A DNA stretch of 64,000 nucleotides from Azolla caroliniana. Its lineage: Eukaryota; Plantae; Polypodiophyta. Under the pieces are notes generated by a model. It ran no database searches. It saw only the letters and a list, made by a program, of their open reading frames with translations, and was not told where the DNA came from. Each line of letters opens with the position of its first letter. Positions within the stretch are counted from its first letter, which is position 1. The stretch covers positions 17,298,001 through 17,362,000 of the forward strand of contig JBHGNT010000010.1 of NCBI GenBank assembly GCA_043228905.1, given 5' to 3'. Below are positions 54,393 to 64,000 of the stretch, piece after piece. The position numbers and the translations under genes were made by a program.

Positions 54393-54624
54393 TAGGGAGA
54401 AAATGGGAATAGATACCCCAGTAGTCCTTGCTGTAAACAATGGATACTAAGTGCTGCACCTATTGAGTCGTGCAGTGCTGTAGCTAACGTATGAAGAATC
54501 CGCACTGCGGAATACATTCACAAGAGAAACTCAGAGGAATACATTCACAAGAGAAACTCAGAGGAATTGACGGGTGCCTGTACAAACAGTGGACAATGTG
54601 GTTTAATTTGATGCAATGCGAAGA
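54393..54624 (+). pseudogene. rrn16: NUPT: degenerate plastid 16S rRNA fragment
   Basis: GATACCCCAGTAGTCC..GTAAAC.ATGGATACTA..GTGCAGTGCTGTAGCTAACG..GAAACTCA.AGGAATTGACGGG..ATGTGGTTTAATT.GATGCAA.GCGAAGA matches the chloroplast-type 16S central region, with substitutions and an internal 27-bp duplication. A partial second copy lies at 54800-54846. Confidence 0.9.
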
Positions 54625-55008
54625 CCACCCAATGCAGGAATATCCTCTCCACAGTAAAAAAAGCTAAATCGGGTTGTAGGCCTTCAACAAAGTCTTAACT
54701 GCTATATGCAAAAACCCAAAAACCTTTTCCACAAGGAGACAAACTACCTGGGAGTCCCTCCCGCAATGCAGAATATCTATCATTCTGTAGATAGATATTC
54801 TGTACAAATAGTGGACAATGTGGTTTAATTCGATGCAATGTGAAGACCACCCAATGCAGGAATATCCTCACCACAGAAACAAAAGCTAAATCGGGTTGTA
54901 GGTCTTCAACAAAGTCTTAACTGCTATATGCAAAAACCTTTTCCACAAGGAGACAAACTACATGGGAGTCCCTCCCGCAATGCAGAATATCTATCACACT
55001 GTAGATAG
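54578..55008. repeat. ~215-bp tandem duplication including the end of the 16S fragment
   Basis: Units 54578-54794 and 54800-55008 are highly similar. Confidence 0.9.
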
Positions 55009-56068
55009 CTTGTGGCTGTGAGCTGCTTCAGTAGACAGCATGCTCTAAGACCCGTCAAATGATGAGGGTGATCCCCTGGTTCCTGGTCCCTGAATATGCT
55101 TTATCAGCTGCGCTGTCTCTCACATCTAGCCCGAAATTCATCAGCTTTTGCTCAAGAGATAGCCATCCACACATTGATAAGGAATGTATAGATTCCCGAG
55201 GGGGGAGTATTTCAGAATAGCCCATGGTTGAACATCCCATCCTTACTCCCAACATAGATTATGTGAACTCAGAATTAACATAGATTGGGGATATTATCCT
55301 TTCGACTGATTCAGATTTGGCAAGGGTGGGGGAAGAAGTGAGCAGCCAGAAAGGCCCCCTTCCCCATGCCTTTACTACCCATCTTTCCAATTTTTTGAAT
55401 TGAAAGATGAAGAGAAGCAACAGTTTGTATCTTTCCTTTGTTCATTAATTTGCTTACCTTTTAGGATCTTTGATCTGAGAAGTAATCGCTCTTCACAGAT
55501 TAGCTTATATGCTCTACACATCCAAACTTATATACTCCTGTGGAGCTAGGGAGGCATGTCAACCCCTTTCTTGTCTTTCCTTTAACAGTCATTTGCTTAC
55601 CTTCTATAGGATCTTTGATCTAAGAAGATTGAAATACATTGGAACTGAAATATAACAGACTCTTACAAATGTTTAATAAAACTCAGAAGATTGAACTAGA
55701 CTGGGATTACACGATTCTAATAAGGGGCAAACCTAATTAAACATTCCTGCAATTACATCAGACTTGATGAAAACTTTAGACCATTGTGAATTTATTCATG
55801 CGTGTAAATCATCTCCCAAATCACTCCACTACATGGATGGAACTTTGGGATACAGCTCAAGGATAATGATCATGGATGGAATTCTCGGGCAACCATCTCC
55901 AAATCACCAGTATGTTAATCTATGTTAGTGGGTATAATGTAGGCAAGCCAATATTGTAAAACCTAAGCCAATACAACAAAATCTTTATATTCCAAGATAA
56001 GGGGCAATTATACAATACAATGGTACACAACAATAAATCATGATTATGCCATGTTACAAAAACAAATG

Positions 56069-58728
56069 TTATGAGGTGGTAAGAAGCTCATCCAACAATT
56101 CCTTCAATTTCTTCGCATTGATTGTACCTTCCCTACGACTGTTTGGCACTTCCTTACCATCTTTGAACAGAATAAGTGTTGGTAACCCATACACATCATA
56201 TTCTTTCACAAGATCTGGACTAGCATCCGTATCAATCTTCAAAGTTTTCATTGATCCGTCAAATTGCTGTATAAAGAAAGAAGAATGGGTTTAAACCATG
56301 CATAATATCTTTAACAATTTCAAAGCACAATTTAATGTTTTCATTCCAAGGCAAAACGTTACATGAATGTATGTAACGGAAATATCGAAACTTTTTTGAC
56401 CAATATTCAATATGATATACATATAATGTTTTAAAAAACTGACACAATTTACATAAAGATGGAAAATTTTGGGGAGCCTTCACAAATATTTTCAAACATT
56501 TCATCCAAACCACAAACAATTTACTAATAGGCTTTTACTAGAAAACAAACAATACAAAAAATTTGAGAGCTTTGCCCATGAGTTCAAATACCTTTCATAA
56601 TCATAAGACTAAAATTTCAATCATTCATGGATAATTTAAGAAGCTCTGTTCGCGACGGACTCGCTAAATTTTAAAAGAATTTCCAAATTACTAGTGGCAT
56701 GTAAAATGTGTAGTAAAAGATTTTCTTGTTTACAGAATGAAAAAAATAGTTAATCATATATACATACGTTAACCAAAACATATCTCATGACATTTGGCTT
56801 CAAAATATTTTTATAATATCTGTAATTCATTGGTTTCTCTTTTTTTTGCATATTAGATCTTTACCCTAGAGATAATCCAAATATTGACTAATCCATCCCA
56901 TCCAGGTACCAACCTTCCTAATAACTAGATACCATTGCGAAATGTAGAGGTGAATGCATCCCTCTTTTTTGTCTCTGCAGCACTACTTTATCAAGTGAGC
57001 TACAACCATCTCCATAGTTCTCTCTCTCTCTCTCTCTAATAGAAAGAGGTTGGAAATGTCCAGAAATGTTTTTTATGACGTTTATTGAAGTATAAATATA
57101 ATGCCCTGAAGTTACCCTAATTCTTGAGGCAACATCACTTCCCATCAAGAATATGAGCATGGAGAGGATTGGGACTACACACTTAAGGTTCAGAAAACAA
57201 CATACATTGATTTCTTAAAATTTCATGACAAACAAATAAAAAAGTTCAAAAGACACACAAAAGCAAAATGTTGAGATCCTTTGAAGATGCATCAAAAGAT
57301 TCCATGATAAATAAGGCTTTTTTGTAACCCTCACATAACACCACCAAAGAGATGAAACCAAAAACATCACCTTTTCTAGGTACAAACTGCCCTCACCATA
57401 CATGCTAGAGCACACATTAGCTCCCGTCTCTTAGGCACGCACACGTGTCTCTACTTGAGCACAAAGGTAGTTCTTGTTATCCGTCCAATCAAGTTGCCTA
57501 GTGGAGTTGGAGCATTATGGAGCTATGAGGTCCTTAGCTACCAATGTAGTTGGAATCTATAGAACGATTTTAAAATAGTCAAGGCTCTAGATGTCTCATC
57601 CCGTCGTGACTTGTAGCTTCGAGTTCTCTATTACATTGATAAAAAAATGGTTTTCCAAAAGCCAATAAAAGACTATTGTTTTGTAGCTTTGAACTCTCTC
57701 TTTCATTGATAAAAAATGTCTCTTGTCTTTGTCTTTATCCTTTGTTATGCCCCATACCTTCACCCCCTCCAAAACTTCAGAAGAAATACCTTTGCCATAT
57801 TGTGTGACCCTTTACCATCAACAAAGGATACTCTCTTGTATTTCTGTTTTTGGGTTGCATAGGCCATGTTCCTAGCCTCCCAATGACATGAAAATATCAA
57901 CACCACCACCACCATCTTTCCACTAAATTGATTCAATGATATGTAAAACCCATAAATTTTAAATGTTTCGTTAGTATTTTGCTTTCACAATGCAATTGCA
58001 TCCCGATCAGAAAAGCATACATAGTTATTAGGTACAGCATATGAATATATGGCATACAACTTCTATATGTGACATTATATATACCTAGAATGTGCATATC
58101 ATATGCCAGCATAAACCCTGTCATATGTCAGTGACAGACAACCCCTTTCCATGAAATGCTATACGATATATGTCTATGAAAAGGCCAAATGGCACATGTC
58201 AGTGAAATGTCATACAACACCATGTCTATGACATGAGTGCCTATATGTCATAATGGGGGGAAAACCAAAGAAATCGATCTACATTCAAATCTGGAACAAA
58301 CCAGAGAACCAAAAGGAAGAATTGACAAGCGAAAAAGAGACAGGAAGACCAACCTTTGAGACGGTGTCAAGGATGGGACCGATGAGCTTGCAAGGGCCAC
58401 ACCAATCAGCGCAGAAGCCGACGAGGACAGGGAGATCCGAGGAAAGGACGTCCTCCGAGAATCTCTCCTGTGTGATGATCTGCACCTTGCAGGATGTATC
58501 CATGGCACAGGAGCGATGGGAGCGCGAAGAGAAAGGGAGGAGGGGGAGCTTCAGCTTCGGGAGGAGCTTTGACTTGCTCTTGGCATTGGGTTGGGGTAAC
58601 GATGAGAAGGAGAGGGAAGATGTGGTTGAGGTTGCAGAGGAGGGTAAGAGGGAAAGGCGTCCATGGCTATGGCTATGGCGATGGCGATGGGCAGTAGCAG
58701 GGACAGGAGTAAGCAGAGACGTGGGCAT
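56069..58728 (-). CDS. TRX-X: Thioredoxin x, chloroplastic
   Basis: Exons 58728-58354 and 56266-56069. Ser-rich transit peptide, WCGPC active site, and [22 protein letters not shown], the x-type C-terminal signature. Confidence 0.9.
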
Positions 58729-58933
58729 TATTTATGGTGGAGACACAGAAACAGAAACAGAGACAGACGAAGTTTAAAACCAAAAGATAAGATCACCCAT
58801 CTCTTCTTTTATAACCTTATAAATACATACATACATTCATATTCTCACAAATTATCAAAAGAAATATATATACTGCATATTATGCAAATATATGTACATA
58901 CATACATATTAGATTCATTGGATGGATAGATAT

Positions 58934-58973
<40 letters not shown>

Positions 58974-61046
58974 ATTGTAATTAGCTTACCCTGGCGCTAC
59001 ATTTTATTCATTTTGTGAAATAATCATTTTATTCACTAGATATATGTAGCATAATGCATCTATACTTAAACTTGTTAACAAATCATTGTATATTTCTAGC
59101 CTGATAAATGAAACAATGCACCCACGATATATCTGTGATATTTAAGAACACTTGAAACCACAAATCCAAGAAGAAACCCTACAAAAACATCATGTGCTAA
59201 GAAAGAGCATGTGCCAAAGTGGTTTAGGATGACAAAGACAAAGAAGAATAAATTTACTAATTTGGATTTTCTAGAATTTTTTGGTGATAAATTAACTAGC
59301 ACAAAAAGGGAGAGCTCCATGTTATGATGCAAATCCTATCAAACTTAATATAGAATTCAGGGATGATGTCAAGGATGTAATATTGTACATAGAAAATAAA
59401 GCATGGTAGCACTAATAATGCATGTATGATGGAAAGAAGATTTAGCCATTTGATACCCAAAAAGAATTTTTTTCCAACCGGCAATTGTCAAGGCATGATT
59501 TAGCATAATTGTGTCTCGAATATTTGGCTAACATTATAAGTCAAACACTTCTTCATGCATAATTTGTGGTGAATTGTCAAATTCATAGAGGTTGTCATAA
59601 AAGTGCATTTTATATGCAACTACAACTATCCATTGTTATTATACATGGGCAATCATTTTAGGTGCTTCCAAAATGCATTATTGACAAGGTATTTTGTCTC
59701 TAACTTCATGGTTTCACAAAAGTATCCAAATCTTGAGTAATAATGACGGATTTAAAATTGTAAAGATAAATTATTGAATTTCATATCGAACTATAGTAAG
59801 TGCAATATGACCCCTCTGCGTGAATAGCTTAATTCCATGACTTATTTGCACATGGACTAATCATGGTTTATTCACTAGCTTCAATTTCAATTATTGTCTT
59901 CGACCCTATAATTGAGACATACAAAATGTGAGTAACAAAATTTGCTACTTCAAATGTATAACTTTCATGGTTTCAAAAGCATTCAAATGCTTTGTGGCAC
60001 TTACACAATTGACAACCCCGATAGGAAAACATGCTTGGTATATCAATATGGACATATTTTGAGTTGCATCTCCATAATTGCCTATTTCTTCCAATGGACA
60101 AGATATATGGTACATTGAACCATGTAGATGGCCTACAATAGTATGGTCTTTGGTTCAAACTTTTACTTTTACTTTGGGTGCTTCTGCAAATGTGTCTAAT
60201 CAATACTAGTACATTTCTCTTTATTCTTTTGGATTTCCACCTCAAATAAATTGTAATGCATTTAACTATGAAAAAAATAAAAATTTCAAGGATTTTCGGA
60301 ACTCACTAAATATTCCTAGTGAAGGATGAGAGTTATGCTCATGAACAGGGGAATAGGTCACTCATTCCACAAAACCAAGGCCTATACAATGAAATGAGAG
60401 CCATTAGGGAGAACACAATCAATCACTTTCATCATGCATTGGAGGGCCATATCCAAATTCTAATATAATGATGTGACCATACAACATGCTCTTAAGTGTA
60501 GGAATGGTATTTCATCATTTCTTCACATCAACGAGCATTATTAAACCATCATCTTGTATCAACAACACTCTAAATGTCATTACCACTTTCATATAGATTC
60601 CAATGTCTCATATCTTGAAGTGCCACAAAGCATTTGCATGTTAAAAGGGGTGACAATGCATTTCATATAATACAGGTTACAACACCTCCATCTTGCCATC
60701 GTCCAGGAAACATGAAAACCAATGACTTGCACATTGTTGAGGAAACATCGTCGGGCTAACATCATCACAGGTCAATTTAAATACAATATTTGAATTTACA
60801 AGATCTTCAGATTCAAACAGTGTATACAGTTTACACTTTTTATAAAGACTTTCAAAAGAATGGGAAAAAATGATATTTGAAGACAAGCTACAAAAGACAC
60901 AACTTCATTCAGCGCAGAAGAAAACTTTTTTACTCTTTAGAACTATTGGCTCAAAACAAAGCAACAAAATCTAAACCCCTTGTAGTACTCACAGTTCCAA
61001 TCTATACCTGAGCCAGTTTTTTAATGCATTACACATTCACTACAGA

Positions 61047-62837
61047 TTAGGCTTCTTGCTGAAAGCCACGACCTCTGGCCCTGCCGCGCCCTCTTCCTCT
61101 ACCACGTCCACGGCCTGTGAAACAAGTGTAGAGTTGTAAAAAGGATATTTGCAGATGACATTGCATGCATTAATACTATGTTTACCAACATGAGTACTTT
61201 TAAACATAGAAGCACTAATATACCACATTATTTGGGGGTATTTCACAAAGAGCATCAATAGCCCAATGGCACTTAAGTAATTTTTAAAAATTTCAGATGG
61301 TTTTGGTATGAGATAGGCAAAGCACAATGTGGTGCACACTGCCTCTCCTCAACTTACCTATGTTCATATAACACGTAATGATTTAGGAAAAATTACCGAT
61401 GTACCAGTGGCTTTTCCAGAATTTACTTGACTAATAATGGTATTATGGTCAATTTCCCTATTTTTTAAAATATAAAAAAGTGGACATCCTTAAGTAATTT
61501 TTAAAAATTTCAGATGGTTTTGGTATGAGATAGGCAAAGCACAATGTGGTGCACACTGCCTCTCCTCAACTTACCTATGTTCATATAACACGTAATGATT
61601 TAGGAAAAATTACCGATGTACCAGTGGCTTTTCCAGAATTTACTTGACTAATAATGGTATTATGGTCAATTTCCCTATTTTTTAAAATATAAAAAAGTGG
61701 ACATCTTTTAATCTTGGAAGTGCAGGCTTTACACCTTTCAAAATACTTTCAAAATCAGCCTTTCAAAAACAAAACATGTGCTTTTTAGATATGAAAAGCC
61801 AAAATATACCTCGACCTCTAACAAAACCATCCTCTTGCACGATATTTGAATCCTCATAGCTACCAATGTCTTGGAAAGTATCAACTGTACGTGAATAACC
61901 CCCGCCACGACCCCTTGATCCAAAACCCCTCCCACGTCCTCTACCTTGTTCACGAGCAGGAGCCCAATCACCCTCATCATTGTAATAATCTGCATAGTTC
62001 ACTTGTTAATCCATGAGCCATTGCATGAACAAAGCACTCTTTAAACATTAGTGACAAACTTACCACTTCCTCTTCCTCTTCCTCCTCCTTGACCCCGACC
62101 TCGACCTCTAAATCTTCCTCGTCCTCGTCCCCTGCCTCTCCCTCCTTTTGGTGAAACTCCTGAGAGCCATGAAACAATATAAGAAGATAGAAAGCATGCT
62201 AAAACTATGTCAATGAACCTTTACACATCCATTACCTCCATCATTTTCAAATTCTGCCAATGGTTTCACAAGTTCTGTGGGAATAGGTGGCTGGTATCTG
62301 CTATCAATCGCTTCGCTATTCAAGCGTTCCATTTATTCATACATCCGATGAAACAACAGAAGGTATAAAAAACCTACCCACTGGAGGTTGTATCCAATTC
62401 TTTGATAGAAAGTGTGATAGAGATCATGGACACGTGACGAGTTTGTTCCAACCTGCAATAGAATAGATTTCTCCTAGATAAAAATTCAGAGTATGTGTAA
62501 CACAATAATTGTTTATATATTCTGGCACATACGGTAGTAATCCTTCTTCTAATGGCTCCCAGACATCAACTATGTCACTTGATCCAACTACAGTAATCTG
62601 ATGAAGCCCTGCAACTCTTCTCTGCCATGAGAAAAACGGTATATATATGAACTTCAGCATCCTGTTGACATCCATAGGGACTACGGATGCATAAATAGCT
62701 AAAAATCCGCTGTCTCAAGTATTCAAGTCCATCTAAGTGATACTCTCAATTTTTACCTTGATGATCTCAGCTATTGTCACAGCTTTGTTTATTGCACGGC
62801 CCATAGCTTTAAGCACAATCTCTGATGTTCCGTTTTC
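61047..62837 (-). CDS. Alba DNA/RNA-binding protein (Rpp25-like, long RGG-tailed type); first exon(s) not found in the window
   Basis: Exons 62837-62757 (IVLKAMGRAINKAVTIAEIIK), 62621-62533 (RRVAGLHQ..WEPLEEGL), 62452-62378 (TRHVSMISITLS), 62297-62236 (YQPP), 62159-62064, 61989-61810 and 61114-61047 (RG repeats, TAA). Phases are consistent. Confidence 0.92.
61272..61705. repeat. Perfect 217-bp tandem duplication in the last coding intron of Alba
   Basis: 61272-61488 and 61489-61705 appear identical. Confidence 0.95.
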
Positions 62838-64000
62838 CTGAGAAATTCCATGATACAATATAATCTATATAAGCTACGTAATAAAATCACTCTTTCAAGT
62901 TGAGGTAGATTGCATTGCCTAAAAGAAAGGCAGGTCTTATTTAACAAGGCAAGAAAGCCTATCCCATAGGTAATCACGAAACTTCACAATTTTTATATAG
63001 AAGCTTACCTTAGAATATTATATTATTATATAACATTACTCAACAAAAATAGCTCATATTCAGTATTTTAATTTTGATTTGAATTAAGGTAAACATAAAA
63101 CCAAATATCAATTCATATAAGAAATGTCAAGTACAATGTTCATGGATGATGGAACAGCCATCTTGAAGAGACTAGACAATATGTAAAGTCAGGAAATCTG
63201 AAAGTTTCCCAGTAACATTCCAGTAGAACTTAGAGACAAACTTACCTCAGCTAAAATGGGACTAAATATCTAAGCATAATGCATTGAAATCACACCAAAC
63301 TACTCATTTTTTTGAACCTTTATTCCATCGAACACAAATTGTTACCAAAAGAGCAAAAGAGAAGCCCAGTTTTTAAAAGATCTCCCATCATATGATACAA
63401 GCTACAGATCTTGATTAATTACACCGTCTTCACTGCAAGAATTTTATCCACAGTCAAATTTGTCGCCAAGTATTTGACCTAATTTCTACACACTGTCCTG
63501 ATCTAATCCATAATCGGAGGCATATGCCATGCTAATGTTGGTCAAGAAAAGACTGAAATATGGTCCTCCTGAATCGCCAACACAAACTCTCCTTGCTACT
63601 GACTAAAAATCTAGATTATGGACCAAGAATGAAAAGCAATCTTTGAACAGCTTTTCCAATAAAACTTGATTGGATTCAACATAAGAATTAATGGATGAGA
63701 TTCCGGGGGTATTGAAACAAAATAGATTTCCTTTATTGCAAACTATTTAGTTCCTGAAAAGCCAAGATATTGTGATTCTTATACCTTACATGATGAAAAC
63801 ACAAAAAACCAACTCAGACAAGATGTCATGTTAACAAATGCAACCAGCATTCATGCCAACCAGACTGCATATCCTTCCGCTAGACCAATCCATACAGATA
63901 AAGGGTCTCAGCTGTGGTTCATGCATCTGGTTCTTTAGAAGCAATAGTTTTTTATCCATCTCATAGACACAGAAATTCGAGGTGTCTAGACTGGCAATAG

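Larger units (their letters stand above)
50720..55630 (+). ncRNA. Candidate multi-exon long non-coding (or micropeptide) transcript
   Basis: Promoter-like region. Splice signals: donor 50842, acceptor TTGCAG|51461, exon 52718-52790 (|GTAAGC), exon 54181-54262 (|GTAAGC), acceptor TTTTAG|54322. No recognisable long ORF. Not verified by expression data. Confidence 0.35.

Noticed and set aside
54393-54624. Functional 16S rRNA gene or bacterial contamination
   Set aside because: It is only ~230 bp, mutated at universally conserved positions, internally duplicated and embedded in nuclear sequence.
55059-55093. Box C (ATGATGA) to box D (CTGA) snoRNA
   Set aside because: The boxes are only ~35 nt apart, with no terminal stem or recognisable rRNA guide.
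59984-60636. 19-bp inverted match AAGTGCCACAAAGCATTTG as transposon TIRs
   Set aside because: The match does not extend and no TSD is evident.

Overview
Eukaryotic, AT-rich land-plant nuclear DNA with GT-AG spliceosomal introns, many (GA)n/(TA)n microsatellites and TE-filled introns. A large-genome non-seed plant such as a fern is plausible, but that is inference only. Genes in order: the 3' end of a MAPKKK5/YODA-family kinase (+); tRNA-Trp(CCA) (-); a CRCK/RLCK-IV-like cytoplasmic kinase (-) whose 11-kb intron holds LINE relics and an intact, very young Ty1/copia element; an intronless NYN + C2H2 zinc-finger protein (-); a second, integrase-deleted copia; L1 relics; a Mn-CDF metal tolerance protein (MTP8-like, +); a candidate spliced non-coding transcription unit (~50.7-55.6 kb) carrying a structured GC-rich motif and a duplicated plastid 16S fragment (NUPT); thioredoxin x (-) with Gly at the conserved buried-acid position; and the 3' part of an Alba/RGG gene (-). 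I found no clearly new multi-gene system. The best leads are the candidate lncRNA locus, the potentially active nested copia, a LINE family that looks non-L1 (RTEX/CR1-like motifs) and the unusual Trx x. All alignments and splice calls were made by eye.
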